Shown: positions 8,062 to 17,871, counted from the first letter of the stretch. The stretch: DNA of 39,249 bases from Firmicutes bacterium UBA5473 (GCA_002427165.1 DIQB01000043.1:7293-46541), one strand, 5' to 3'. A program made the numbers and translations. The notes: generated by a model not told the origin, from the sequence alone.

Positions 8062-9045
8062 CTATGGCAAAGGCAGATTAGGAACTGCATTCAGATCCCA
8101 GCTGTGGCGCTCTCCTCGCTCTAGCCGAAAGGAGCCCACAGCTGCAATCATCGCTGCATTATCTGTGCACAGCTCAACTGGAGGCAAGCTCACATAGAGC
8201 CCCTCCTCCCTGCCGCGCCCTGCTAGTTCCTCCCGCAGCAGCGTGTTGGCAGCAACCCCACCGGAAAGGGCGATGCTTTGGATCTTATGGGCTTTGGCTG
8301 CGGCGATAGTTCGCTCCACAAGCACCTCCACCACTGCCCACTGAAAACTAGCTGCCAGATCCGAAATCTCCTCTGTTTTCTGCAATATGGTAGCTGTGGC
8401 AGTTTTGAGGCCTGAAAAGCTGAAATCAAAAGTCTCCTCATGGGCCAGGCCCCGAGGCAGGGCAAAGGCCTCCCTATCTCCTCCTATGGCAGCCTTTTGG
8501 ATAGCAGGCCCCCCAGGATAGCCCAAGCCCATGGCCCTGGCAACCTTATCGAAAGCCTCGCCTGCTGCATCGTCTCGGGTTCTTCCCAATACCTGATACT
8601 GTCCTGGCTCTTTGAAAAGCAAAAGATCAGTATGGCCTCCAGAGACTGTAAGGCAAAGAAAGGGAGGTTCAAGCTGGGGATCCACCAAGAGATTGGCAAA
8701 AAGGTGCCCCTCTGTGTGGTGGATGCCCACAAGAGGCAACTTATAGGTCAGAGCCAAAGCTTTGGCTGTGGAGACCCCTACAAGCAGGCTTCCCACCAGG
8801 CCCGGTCCCTGGGTTACTGCAATGCCATCTAGCTCCCCGGGCGTAATCTGAGCCGTGGCAAAAGCCTCCTCTAGCACTGGAATCATCAGTTCTAGGTGCC
8901 TGCGGGATGCGATCTCAGGTACTACCCCCCCATATTTTTGGTGAAGCTCAGTTTGGGAGGCAATAATATTGGCTAAAATCTTGCCATCGGCTAAAACTGC
9001 TGCTGCTGTATCGTCGCAGGATGTCTCAATCCCCAGTATTCTCAC
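8062..9045 (-). CDS. tsaD: tRNA N6-adenosine threonylcarbamoyltransferase TsaD
   Basis: 327 aa. MRILGIETSCDDTAAAV...HHTEGH...SGGHT...LSGGVAAN are hallmark Kae1/TsaD motifs. Confidence 0.95.
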   Translation of the reverse strand: MRILGIETSCDDTAAAVLADGKILANIIASQTELHQKYGGVVPEIASRRHLELMIPVLEEAFATAQITPGELDGIAVTQGPGLVGSLLVGVSTAKALALTYKLPLVGIHHTEGHLFANLLVDPQLEPPFLCLTVSGGHTDLLLFKEPGQYQVLGRTRDDAAGEAFDKVARAMGLGYPGGPAIQKAAIGGDREAFALPRGLAHEETFDFSFSGLKTATATILQKTEEISDLAASFQWAVVEVLVERTIAAAKAHKIQSIALSGGVAANTLLREELAGRGREEGLYVSLPPVELCTDNAAMIAAVGSFRLERGERHSWDLNAVPNLPLP

Positions 9046-9475
9046 AGGTGATCTCCTTCCACATGATCAATGCGTCCTCGCCATTATCCTCATAATAGCC
9101 AGGCCTAATTCCAGCGGCCTGAAAGCCAAATTTTTTATATAAAGCTTTAGCTGCAGTATTGCTGGGGCGCACCTCCAAGGTCATGGCAGCGCCACAGGCC
9201 CACTTTTGGGCTTCGCCCAAAAGCTGCCAGGCGATGCCCTGCCTCCTTACATCAGGCTCTACTGCAATGTTTGTGATATGAACGCAATCATACATCCGCC
9301 ACAGGCCAATATAACCCAAACACTGCTCCCCTACTGTGGCCACAAAAAAAATCTGCTGGGGGTTAGCCAGTGCAATAAGAAAAGTTCCCCGGGACCAAGG
9401 TCTGGGGAAGATGCGCTGCTCCAGGTCTAAAACCCAGGGCAGATCAGAGAGGGTGAGCGGGCGGATTAGCACCAA
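9026..9475 (-). CDS. rimI: Ribosomal-protein-alanine N-acetyltransferase RimI (GNAT)
   Basis: 149 aa. It has the GNAT core (VEPDVRRQGIAWQLL) and sits between tsaB and tsaD as in Bacillus. It overlaps both neighbours. Confidence 0.85.
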   Translation of the reverse strand: MVLIRPLTLSDLPWVLDLEQRIFPRPWSRGTFLIALANPQQIFFVATVGEQCLGYIGLWRMYDCVHITNIAVEPDVRRQGIAWQLLGEAQKWACGAAMTLEVRPSNTAAKALYKKFGFQAAGIRPGYYEDNGEDALIMWKEITCENTGD

Positions 9476-10133
9476 ATCCCCTCCTCGGTTTTGCAGAGCT
9501 TCTCTTCACGTAAAGAGGCACTAAGCTCCCAGAATCATCTGCCTCCCCCGCTAAAGAGCGCCTGTGAGCCAGCTCAGCTACAGAGCTAGCCCGAGGCAGG
9601 GCAGGGCTTCCTGTAACTACAATCCCCTCCTGTCCCTCCAGGGGGCGATCTCCAAACCAATATTTTTCTCCCGGGTACTTTTGAGCCTGGGCAAAAAGTT
9701 CCGTCAGGGGCAGGGCCAAATAGTCTGTTTGCCGCTTGGGCTCTGAGCCGCCATCGGCCAAATATAGAGCACTGTAGACCTCACCACGGCGACAGTCTAA
9801 AAAGGGACAAAGCAGTCCCTGGCTATAGCGCAGGCTCCAAGCCATGGCATCCAAGGTGGGGATGCCAAACAGAGGTAGCTTCAGGCTCCAGGCAAGAGCT
9901 TTAGCTGTCATAGTGCCAATTCTCAGGCCTGTAAATGAGCCCGGCCCCAAAGACACTGCCAGACCCGTAAGATCCCCAGGTTCCACCTGGGCATCCTCTA
10001 ATATTTTCACCACTGCAGGCATGAGGCGCTCTGAGTGGGTGCGCTGGATATTGAGGGTATATTCCCCCACCAGCCCCTCTCCCCAAAGAGCCACGCTGCC
10101 TGTGGCTGTTGCCGTCTCAAGGGCAAGGATCAT
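9444..10133 (-). CDS. tsaB: tRNA threonylcarbamoyladenosine biosynthesis protein TsaB
   Basis: I chose the start at MILALETATATGSVAL (ATG 10131-10133), with GGGAGAG 7 nt upstream. The YeaZ-like sequence includes GPGSFTGLRIG. The longer track start at 10193 would run into tsaE. Confidence 0.9.
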   Translation of the reverse strand: MILALETATATGSVALWGEGLVGEYTLNIQRTHSERLMPAVVKILEDAQVEPGDLTGLAVSLGPGSFTGLRIGTMTAKALAWSLKLPLFGIPTLDAMAWSLRYSQGLLCPFLDCRRGEVYSALYLADGGSEPKRQTDYLALPLTELFAQAQKYPGEKYWFGDRPLEGQEGIVVTGSPALPRASSVAELAHRRSLAGEADDSGSLVPLYVKRSSAKPRRGFGANPPAHPL

Positions 10134-10578
10134 ATAACATCTCTCCCATCTGGGGCCAGCTTCCTTCCCCTTGAAAAACCAGTTTTCGCCCACCGGGAAG
10201 CTGGGTGATGGTTACCACCAAAGCAGTCTGTGGAATCAGCTCCCAGATCTTCTGTGGCCACTCCACCACCACGATCCCCTCTTGATTGAAATATTCTCCC
10301 AGGCCACAGAGCTCTGCTTCCTCTGCAGAGGAAAGGCGGTAGGCGTCTATATGGTAGAGGGGAAGCCTGCCTTGGTATTCTTTGATCAACGTAAAAGTGG
10401 GGCTGGTTACGGTCCCTTCCACTCCTAGGCCCCGCGCCAACCCCTTGGCAAAGACGGTTTTGCCAGCTCCCAGATCCCCCAAAAGGGCAATCACCTCTCC
10501 CCCCTCAAGGTGCTGGCCAATCCGGTATGCAAGCTCCTGTGTCCTTTCAGGACTTGTGCTTATGATCTCACAGAGCAT
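10117..10578 (-). CDS. tsaE: tRNA threonylcarbamoyladenosine biosynthesis ATPase TsaE
   Basis: It has the Walker A GDLGAGKT and the motif SPTFTL. I chose the start ATG at 10578 (MLCEIIS), with GGAGG 9 nt upstream. The track start at 10596 is a TTG. Confidence 0.9.
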   Translation of the reverse strand: MLCEIISTSPERTQELAYRIGQHLEGGEVIALLGDLGAGKTVFAKGLARGLGVEGTVTSPTFTLIKEYQGRLPLYHIDAYRLSSAEEAELCGLGEYFNQEGIVVVEWPQKIWELIPQTALVVTITQLPGGRKLVFQGEGSWPQMGEMLYDPCP

Positions 10579-11260
10579 TCCTTGCCGCCTCCACAAAGCC
10601 TTGAAAAAGTTTAAATTGTTCTGGGTGTTGCCCTATCATCAGCTCAGGGTGCCATTGCACCCCCAGGACAAACCCCTCCCCTACCACTGCCTCCACTAAA
10701 TTGTCAGGGCTCCAGGCGATGGGAGTAAGGCCCACCACCTTCTTTGCTCCCTGATGGTGAAAGCTATTGACCCGACACTCATCCCCCAATAGCGACGAGA
10801 GCAGACTACCCTCACCGATCCGAATCTGGTGCCAGGGGTCCTGGGGAGGAGCGCTTTGCCGATGAGCCAGCTCTGTGCCCGTTTGGGCAAGATCCTGATA
10901 GAGCTTGCCTCCCATGGCCACAACCAAGGCCTGCATGCCCCGACAGATGCCAAAAAGAGGCAGCTTTGCCTCAAGTGCCGCTGCCAGGAGAGCTTGCTCC
11001 CCCCGATCCCAGCGGGGCTCTATCCTTTCGATTCCCAATCTTGGCTCCTCGCCATAGAGACTAGGGTCCAAATCCACACCTCCTGGCAACAGTAAGCCAT
11101 CGATGATCTCCAAATAAGCAGCTACATCGTCTGTGGGAGGGATAAGCAGGGGCAGGCCCCCTGCAGCCCAGATTGCCTGGACGTAGCTACAATTAACAAA
11201 GAACCGCTCTCGCTGCTCCCAATTGCCCAGGCCTGTGAGAATACCGATTCGTGGTCTCAT
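10568..11260 (-). CDS. Class I glutamine amidotransferase, gamma-glutamyl-GABA hydrolase (peptidase C26) family
   Basis: GICRGMQ carries the nucleophile Cys, and the SFHHQ...VQWHPE motifs are present. I chose the start ATG at 11260 (MRPRIGIL), 6 nt after AGGAG. Confidence 0.8.
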   Translation of the reverse strand: MRPRIGILTGLGNWEQRERFFVNCSYVQAIWAAGGLPLLIPPTDDVAAYLEIIDGLLLPGGVDLDPSLYGEEPRLGIERIEPRWDRGEQALLAAALEAKLPLFGICRGMQALVVAMGGKLYQDLAQTGTELAHRQSAPPQDPWHQIRIGEGSLLSSLLGDECRVNSFHHQGAKKVVGLTPIAWSPDNLVEAVVGEGFVLGVQWHPELMIGQHPEQFKLFQGFVEAARNAL

Positions 11261-11269
11261 AATCAACTC

Positions 11270-11650
11270 CTATAATTCCGTCAAGCCCAGGCTGATGGAA
11301 AGAGCCACATCCACCTGTTTCATGGTTTCGGGATCGAAATGGCCAATCCGCTCTCCTAGGCGCTTTTTGTCGATAGTGCGCAGTTGCTCCAGTAGCACAA
11401 CTGAGTTCTTGGCCAAATTGAATTTTTCCGCCCCGATCTCCACATGCGTAGGCAATTTGGCCTTCTTTAGGCGAGAGGTAATGGCGGCAACGATGGTGGT
11501 TGGGCTATATTGGTTGCCAATATCGTTTTGGAGCACCACCACAGGACGCCTGCCTCCCTGTTCTGAACCAACAACAGGGTTGAGATCTGCAAAAAACAGA
11601 TCTCCCCTGCTCACGTCAAGATTGGCCTGCGATATACTCTTCATATTCAT
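11270..11650 (-). CDS. mazF: Type II toxin MazF/EndoA-family endoribonuclease
   Basis: [58 protein letters not shown] is close to the B. subtilis EndoA pattern. The start is uncertain. A GTG at 11614, 1 nt after the mazE stop, would give a canonical-length protein. Confidence 0.9.
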   Translation of the reverse strand: MNMKSISQANLDVSRGDLFFADLNPVVGSEQGGRRPVVVLQNDIGNQYSPTTIVAAITSRLKKAKLPTHVEIGAEKFNLAKNSVVLLEQLRTIDKKRLGERIGHFDPETMKQVDVALSISLGLTEL

Positions 11651-11882
11651 CCAGCGTACAGGCGTCCTGGAACATTGACTCCTCTGAGAGCTGACTGTTC
11701 AGTTCGCCCATTTCCTGATAGCCCATGGCCAAACGCCGCCTTTGGGTTCGGCCTCTCCAATCTTCAAAGCAACAAGCCACCAATTCCCTGAGCATTTCGC
11801 TTCGAGAACCCCAACCCCAACTTTTAGCAGATTCCACCTGAGCGTAGATCTCCTCTGGCAGGTAAATGGTAACTCTTCGCAT
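11616..11882 (-). CDS. mazE: Ribbon-helix-helix antitoxin (MazE/EndoAI-like)
   Basis: 88 aa. [17 protein letters not shown] is RHH/CopG-like. It lies immediately upstream of mazF, with GAGAGGAG 8 nt before the ATG. Confidence 0.75.
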   Translation of the reverse strand: MRRVTIYLPEEIYAQVESAKSWGWGSRSEMLRELVACCFEDWRGRTQRRRLAMGYQEMGELNSQLSEESMFQDACTLDEYEEYIAGQS

Positions 11883-11903
11883 GTGGCCAACTCCTCTCGT
11901 GGA

Positions 11904-12857
11904 TTATGCTACAACCAACATCGCAGCGCCCAAGACTCCAACATCAGCTCCAAGTTCGGCCTTAACTATAAGTACGTCAGCCAACTGTGAAGTACCCAAA
12001 GTCTCCTTTACTGTTTTGCGTACAGGGTCGAACAACAGCTCGTCTAGGTTTGAAACACCACCGCCAATCACAACTAACTGGGGATCTAATACGTTCAAAA
12101 GGCTGGCAATGCCCAGGCCAAGGTAGGTGAAGCTCTCCTGGAGAAGTTTGGTGGAGAAGGGATCTCCTTTCCTCGCTGCCTGGCCAACATCTTTAGAAGT
12201 GGGATCGCCATCCCCTACAAGCTTTGCCAACAGGGGGCTTTCACCTCTTTTAAGCCCTGCTTTTGCTTCCCTGGCAATGGCAGTGCCAGAGGCAATTGCC
12301 TCCAGGCAGCCCCTAGCGCCGCAGTTGCATTGGGGACCATCCTTTTGCACAATAATATGCCCAACCTCACCTGCAATATCATGGGCACCTGTGTGGACCT
12401 TGCCACCGATGATAATTCCTCCGCCTACACCTGTGCTCACTGTGATATACAAAAGATCATCTACATTTTTGCCAGCACCCAGCCACTTCTCGCCAAGGCC
12501 TGCCAGGTTGGCATCATTGCCCACGCTGATTGGCACCTGGAAGCGCTCTCGGAATAGATCTCCCACAGGAACGTTAGTCCAGCCCAAATTGGGGGCGCTA
12601 AGCACGAGCCCAGTCTTAGAGTCCAGGGGCCCAGGGGAGCCGATGCCGATTCCAGCAAGCTCTCCTGGAGCAATGCCGGCTTCTCCCAGCACATCCTCCA
12701 CAGTCTTATACATCCGCTCTAATACCTTTTCTTGCCCCTCCTGAGCTTCTGTGAGGCACGAGGTGCGAGCTAAGACCCTTCCCTCACCATCAACTAAGGC
12801 GGTGGCAATTTTCGTGCCACCCAAGTCCACCCCAACCCCATACTTTTGTGTAGCCAC
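11904..12857 (-). CDS. glcK: ROK family glucokinase
   Basis: 317 aa. It has the ATP-binding motif GVDLGGTK and the ROK zinc motif GHIIV...CNCGARGCLE. Confidence 0.85.
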   Translation of the reverse strand: MATQKYGVGVDLGGTKIATALVDGEGRVLARTSCLTEAQEGQEKVLERMYKTVEDVLGEAGIAPGELAGIGIGSPGPLDSKTGLVLSAPNLGWTNVPVGDLFRERFQVPISVGNDANLAGLGEKWLGAGKNVDDLLYITVSTGVGGGIIIGGKVHTGAHDIAGEVGHIIVQKDGPQCNCGARGCLEAIASGTAIAREAKAGLKRGESPLLAKLVGDGDPTSKDVGQAARKGDPFSTKLLQESFTYLGLGIASLLNVLDPQLVVIGGGVSNLDELLFDPVRKTVKETLGTSQLADVLIVKAELGADVGVLGAAMLVVA

Positions 12858-12877
12858 TTGTTTCTCCTCCCCCTTAT

Positions 12878-13945
12878 TTACCCGATCTTGGCCAGCTCAC
12901 CTTTGAGGCGATCGATAACCTTTACAGGTGTAGGATCGATGCCATTGAGCATGGCCAGATAATAGCTGATGTAGTCTCCCAGGTAAATTAGGGAGAACAT
13001 TTTCTCAAGCTGAGAATCACCCTCGGCCCACAGATCCTCAATTCCAGCCACTCTCTCGCGAATTATATCTTCTGTAACCTCAATTCTTGTGTGGATGCGC
13101 TCCGATTCCCCTCGATCCCGGAGCACAAAAAGCATAATTTGTCGCGTGAGTCCAGGCGCTTCCCACCCTACAAGCTCGTTGTGGTTAAGCTCTGGGAACA
13201 CGTTCCAAAAAGCAATCTGCTTTGCATTTTCGTTGATCTGGCCCTTGATTCTGGTTGCAACCACAGATCTGTAGCCTGCAGAACCATAAAACAGGGGGAT
13301 GCGGCCATAGAGCATTTGTGCCAGTTGCTTGGGTCGATTCTGCTCTGTAGGCACTTCTCTGCCGTAGGTGGAGCGCAACTTCTCCAGCAGCCCAATTGTG
13401 GCATCCAGTTGGGTGCTTTTATCTGCACAGAGGCCCAAGCGCCAGGCCGTGACCAAAAGGGGAACAAAGCTATAGCCCAAAGCAGCCCGAGGTGAAATCC
13501 CACCTGGGATCTGGATCACAGTTACACCATCCCGCCGGGCCCATTCAACTAGGGTACCACCTGTCGCGATCACAAGGAGCATGGCCCCTCTTTTTCTGGC
13601 CTCAGTGTAGCCTGCTAAAGTTTCCTCGGTATTGCCAGAATAGCTGGAGGCTATCACCAATGTATCTGGACCCACGAAGCCCGGAAGCTCGTAGTCTCGA
13701 TTCACGATAAATGGCACCTTGGCCTCACCCTCTAAAGCAATCCGTACTAGATCGCCACCGATGGCAGAGCCACCCATGCCTAAAATTACCACCCCTCGAA
13801 TTTCACCGAAGGTGGGCAGGGCAACAGCCTCTGCAATTTGACGCGCCTCCATACATTGCTGGGCAAGGTTATCGATCCAGTTTCCCATGCCACTGGGATC
13901 TATTGGTGCATATGCTTCAAGATTATCTAAGTCCATAGCTGACAC
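12878..13945 (-). CDS. Bifunctional phosphoglucose/phosphomannose isomerase (SIS domain family)
   Basis: 355 aa. The SIS pattern is GMGGSAIGGD...ASSYSGNTEET. Length and C-terminal domain are typical of the PGI/PMI family. Confidence 0.75.
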   Translation of the reverse strand: MSAMDLDNLEAYAPIDPSGMGNWIDNLAQQCMEARQIAEAVALPTFGEIRGVVILGMGGSAIGGDLVRIALEGEAKVPFIVNRDYELPGFVGPDTLVIASSYSGNTEETLAGYTEARKRGAMLLVIATGGTLVEWARRDGVTVIQIPGGISPRAALGYSFVPLLVTAWRLGLCADKSTQLDATIGLLEKLRSTYGREVPTEQNRPKQLAQMLYGRIPLFYGSAGYRSVVATRIKGQINENAKQIAFWNVFPELNHNELVGWEAPGLTRQIMLFVLRDRGESERIHTRIEVTEDIIRERVAGIEDLWAEGDSQLEKMFSLIYLGDYISYYLAMLNGIDPTPVKVIDRLKGELAKIG

Positions 13946-13985
13946 TCCTCTTTCCGCTTCTATTTTAATTTTGCTCCATCTGTAT

Positions 13986-14957
13986 TCAATCTATCCTTCG
14001 GGTGGGAATTAGCATGGCAGCACCTATGAGCCCTGCATCCTCACCTAACTGTGCCGCCACCACTCTTACCTGGGAGCCTGCCTTATTCATGGCTCGTTTT
14101 TTTATTTCTTGACGAATCTTGCCGATGAGCATTTCTCCGGCAGCGGCAACACCACCGCCCACTATCAACAGCTCGGGATTGATAATATTTACAGCTCCGG
14201 CCATAGCAATACCTATATATTTTCCAGTATCGTCCATTATCCTCTGAGCCAGCTCATCGTCTAAAACTGCTGCATCGTAGATCACCTTAGGTGTAATCTG
14301 GGATAGATCTCCTGCCACTAGCTGGACAATCCGGCTTTCAGCCCCCAAGGCAATTGCCTCTCTTGCTCTGCGGCTGATCCCAGGGGCACCGCAGAGGGCC
14401 TCTACACACCCCAGGTTGCCGCAACTGCAGCGGGGGCCGTCCTCCATAACAGTAATATGCCCAACTTCACCACCGCAGCTGCCAGAGCCATAAAACATTT
14501 TTCCATCTAAAAAGATACCAGAGCCGATGCCAGTCCCCAGGGTGATGAGGATTATATTCTCCACTCCCTGGCCTGCGCCAAAGAGCTTTTCTCCCAGAGC
14601 ATGGCAGCGCACATCGTTGTCCATTTCCGCAGGCAGACCAAAGCGCTCCCCAACTATTGCGGGTACTTTGATATTTATCCACCCGGGATCTAGGTTAGAT
14701 GCTGAATAAGATAAACCACCTAGGCTATCTTGAACACCTGGGATGCCCATGCCGATTCCAATCGGCTCAAGCTTAAGCTTTTTAGCTTCCTGGAGACCTT
14801 CCTCTACAGCGGACATGATCCGCTCAAGTATGCTATTGACGCCAGTACCAGCGCAAGTTGGCCGCTTGCCTCTGAAAATCACGGTTCCATCTAACTTTAC
14901 AAGCCCACTTGCGATATTGGTTCCTCCCACGTCAACTGCAACAATGCACTTTTCCAA
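13986..14957 (-). CDS. ROK family sugar kinase (second copy; specificity unknown)
   Basis: 323 aa. It has AVDVGGTN and the ROK zinc motif GHITV...CSCGNLGCVE. The start is TTG with GAGGAGG upstream. Confidence 0.8.
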   Translation of the reverse strand: MEKCIVAVDVGGTNIASGLVKLDGTVIFRGKRPTCAGTGVNSILERIMSAVEEGLQEAKKLKLEPIGIGMGIPGVQDSLGGLSYSASNLDPGWINIKVPAIVGERFGLPAEMDNDVRCHALGEKLFGAGQGVENIILITLGTGIGSGIFLDGKMFYGSGSCGGEVGHITVMEDGPRCSCGNLGCVEALCGAPGISRRAREAIALGAESRIVQLVAGDLSQITPKVIYDAAVLDDELAQRIMDDTGKYIGIAMAGAVNIINPELLIVGGGVAAAGEMLIGKIRQEIKKRAMNKAGSQVRVVAAQLGEDAGLIGAAMLIPTRRID

Positions 14958-15303
14958 AATTGTATCCTCCTCACAACTCTATCATGAATTATTTCACCGC
15001 CGGAGAGGAAAATCCTTCTTTCTCCATCTTTACTTGTTCATTCCGGGGCTGGTATTTTTTGGATCAACTATGGCTTATCTTGGGCATATAAGAAATGACC
15101 CCAAAGGCCTGGGATCATTTTTAGTGATTACATACGAACTTTATTTGTTTACTACCAAGGTTGGTAGAACTCCTCTTTATCTGCGAGAGCGCAGCCAACA
15201 GGAGCTGATGGAGAACTTCAGGATCGTGGGGCTGCAACATCTTCGCTAGAATTTTAAAATCCGGCTGCTCCGAAACCCAACCATCAGTCAGCCTTCTTCA
15301 TAA

Positions 15304-15334
15304 TAAAAAAAGCGGGGGAGTTTCCTCTCCCCGC
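15304..15334 (-). terminator. Rho-independent terminator after the ABC ATPase gene
   Basis: On the minus strand GCGGGGAG-AGGAAA-CTCCCCCGC is followed by T7. Confidence 0.8.
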
Positions 15335-15356
15335 CTAATTGCCTTTTAACAAGTGC

Positions 15357-16466
15357 TTATAAAATAGTCTTCTCAGTTTCAGGATCGAAGACATGCATCT
15401 TGTTCATATTAAAATAGAAATCATGGGCTGTATCGGCTTTAGCTGTACTATATGCATCCACCCTGGCTGTAACTAAGGAGCCATTGATTGTAAGGTAACA
15501 GTAAAGCTCAGCGCCCATGGGCTCTGTAACTTCCACCATGGCTGTAATACAGTAATCAGGATCAGCATCAGCTACAACTGCCCGGTCTTCGATGTTCTCA
15601 GGCCGGATCCCAAAGATTATCTTTTTATCCACATACGCATTCAGATTGCGGTAGCTGGCAACCTTCTCAGGTGGGATCTTAACCTTGAATTTCTCGCCTT
15701 CAAGATAGAGGTCATCTCCCTGTTTGATTAGCTTTGCATCCACAAAGTTCATAGCAGGGCTACCGATGAAACCTGCCACAAAAGCATTGCATGGATTTTG
15801 GTAAATATCCATAGGTGCGCCCACCTGTTGGATTAATCCATCCTTCATCACCACAATCCGATCGCCCATGGTCATAGCTTCTGTCTGGTCATGGGTGACA
15901 TAGATGATGGTAGTTTGCAGCCGGTTGTGCAGCTTGCTGAGCTCAGAGCGCATCTGCACCCTAAGTTTCGCATCCAGGTTGGACAGGGGCTCATCCATCA
16001 GGAACACCTTAGGCTCTCGGACAATAGCTCTTCCTAAAGCAACTCTTTGCCGTTGTCCACCAGAGAGGGCCTTCGGCTTCCGATCAAGAAGGTTTTCAAT
16101 CCCTAGGATCCTAGCTGCCTCCTTTACCCTGCGATCGATCTCAGCTTTAGCAAACTTCCGCAGTTTCAGACCAAATGCCATGTTATTGTAGACATCCATG
16201 TGTGGATAGAGGGCATAGTTCTGAAAGACCATAGCAATATCCCGATCTTTCGGGGGCACATCATTTACCAGCTTACCCCCAATGTAGATATTGCCCTCTG
16301 TGATCTCTTCAAGTCCAGCCACCATCCTCAAGGTGGTGGATTTCCCGCAACCACTAGGGCCAACTAACACCACAAACTCCTTATCCTTAATCTCCAATGT
16401 GGCGTCGTTTACGGCCAAGACATTACCAAAACGCTTGTAGACATGCTCTAAAATTACCTCAGCCAT
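15357..16466 (-). CDS. Carbohydrate ABC transporter ATP-binding protein (MalK/MsmX/UgpC type)
   Basis: 369 aa. It has Walker [10 protein letters not shown], signature LSGGQRQR and Walker B FLMDEPLS, plus a C-terminal MalK-like regulatory domain. No permease or binding-protein gene is adjacent. Confidence 0.9.
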   Translation of the reverse strand: MAEVILEHVYKRFGNVLAVNDATLEIKDKEFVVLVGPSGCGKSTTLRMVAGLEEITEGNIYIGGKLVNDVPPKDRDIAMVFQNYALYPHMDVYNNMAFGLKLRKFAKAEIDRRVKEAARILGIENLLDRKPKALSGGQRQRVALGRAIVREPKVFLMDEPLSNLDAKLRVQMRSELSKLHNRLQTTIIYVTHDQTEAMTMGDRIVVMKDGLIQQVGAPMDIYQNPCNAFVAGFIGSPAMNFVDAKLIKQGDDLYLEGEKFKVKIPPEKVASYRNLNAYVDKKIIFGIRPENIEDRAVVADADPDYCITAMVEVTEPMGAELYCYLTINGSLVTARVDAYSTAKADTAHDFYFNMNKMHVFDPETEKTIL

Positions 16467-16689
16467 CTTTTTACCTCCTCTCCAAATTCAAATCAAGCTC
16501 CAGCTCATGCTCCGTCTTGCGCGGAGTTTCTTATTTTAATTTTCTGTTAAAACCAGCTGCACCTCCCCTTTCGTCCCAATTGGAGCCCAAAAAAATCGGC
16601 TGTGCCGTTATGCTCCTCAATACCCTTTTATATAATATTCAACATTTGCAGCAAATATCCTCTTTTTCAGCTGGATTTATTCAAGATAC

Positions 16690-16712
16690 CAAAAAGCGGC
16701 CCGAGGGCCGCT
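16690..16712 (-). terminator. Rho-independent terminator after the oxidoreductase gene
   Basis: On the minus strand AGCGGCCC-TC-GGGCCGCT is followed by TTTTT. Confidence 0.75.
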
Positions 16713-16719
16713 TGAGTAG

Positions 16720-17859
16720 CTATTTCAACTTTTCAGGAAGGGGTGCTACATCCACAGGCATACCACCACTTCGTAGAGACTGGGCAGCTGCCACTCCCAC
16801 AGCTACACTCATCCGGCCTGCAATTGGATGGGCCACAGGTTCCTTGCCATCTACGATCATATCTATAAAGTCACGGCAGATCACAGGATCCGCACCACCG
16901 TGGGTTCCCTCAGCACTCTTCACCTCGTAAGTACGATCCGCGAGGCTCTTATCTCCAAAGCGATTTCTCAGTTTCACCCACACCTTGCCGTCGGGCTCAG
17001 AGTTCTCCAGCCGGCCCTCAGTGCCAATAAAAACATAGTTGCGATGATAATCAGGGGTAAAATGGCACTGCAGGTAGGAGGCTTTGATGCCACCATCTAG
17101 CTCCATGATTACCACGTTGTTGTCCTCAATATCCACCTCTTGGCGGAAGGCACACTGAAGCAGGCGCCTCCCTACATCTGGACAAGTATCCTTTTGGGGA
17201 CACTCAGGGCAGGTTAGATCATTTGGCTTATCCCCGCCATAGTAATCCAGGCTACCAAACGCAGCTACCCTTTTGCCATACTGCCCTGTGATCCAGTGGA
17301 TAATATCCAGATCATGGGAACCTTTCTGCAAAAGTAGGGATGTACAATTTCCTTTTGTGGCATGCCAATCGTGAAAGTAAAATTCCCCACCATGGCCCAC
17401 AAAATGGCGCACCCACACAGCTTTAATCTCACCGATAACGCCGCTATCCACTATTTCCTTCATAGTGCGGAACATGTTCATGTAACGCATATTGAAACCA
17501 ACCATGAGCTTTTTGCCAGAGTTCTTCCAAGTAGAGAGAATCCGGTCGCAGCCCTCCACTGTGATGGCCAGGGGTTTTTCACAAAAAACATCTTTACCTG
17601 CCTCAAGTGCTGCCACAGCATGCTCCTCATGGAGGAAGTCCGGGGAGGCCACAGCGATGGCATCCAGATCATCTCGTTCAAGAAGCTCTCTGTAATCTAT
17701 ATATGCCTGAGCCTGGGGGTGAGCCTCGAGGAAGGTAGCTCGACTTTTCTCGTTTGGATCCGCTCCGGCTACTAGTTCCACTCTAGGATCTTCTGCCCAA
17801 TATTTAGCAATTGCGCCACGGCCGGCCACGCCGATGACTCCCAGCCTTACTTTCTCCAT
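16720..17859 (-). CDS. Gfo/Idh/MocA family NAD(P)-dependent oxidoreductase
   Basis: 379 aa. The N-terminal Rossmann sequence is VRLGVIGVAGRG, and the family motif EKPLA is present. Confidence 0.85.
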   Translation of the reverse strand: MEKVRLGVIGVAGRGAIAKYWAEDPRVELVAGADPNEKSRATFLEAHPQAQAYIDYRELLERDDLDAIAVASPDFLHEEHAVAALEAGKDVFCEKPLAITVEGCDRILSTWKNSGKKLMVGFNMRYMNMFRTMKEIVDSGVIGEIKAVWVRHFVGHGGEFYFHDWHATKGNCTSLLLQKGSHDLDIIHWITGQYGKRVAAFGSLDYYGGDKPNDLTCPECPQKDTCPDVGRRLLQCAFRQEVDIEDNNVVIMELDGGIKASYLQCHFTPDYHRNYVFIGTEGRLENSEPDGKVWVKLRNRFGDKSLADRTYEVKSAEGTHGGADPVICRDFIDMIVDGKEPVAHPIAGRMSVAVGVAAAQSLRSGGMPVDVAPLPEKLK

Positions 17860-17871
17860 TTTCCCTCACTC

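Noticed and set aside
12127-12744. 205-aa plus-strand ORF; likewise 13091-13495, 14743-15249, 16397-16930, 17362-17775, 24964-25449, 29972-30394, 11223-11678 and 35053-35382
   Set aside because: All lie antisense to, or overlap, genes with strong family motifs. Their translations are compositionally odd (P/S/R/A/C-rich) and they lack SD sequences.
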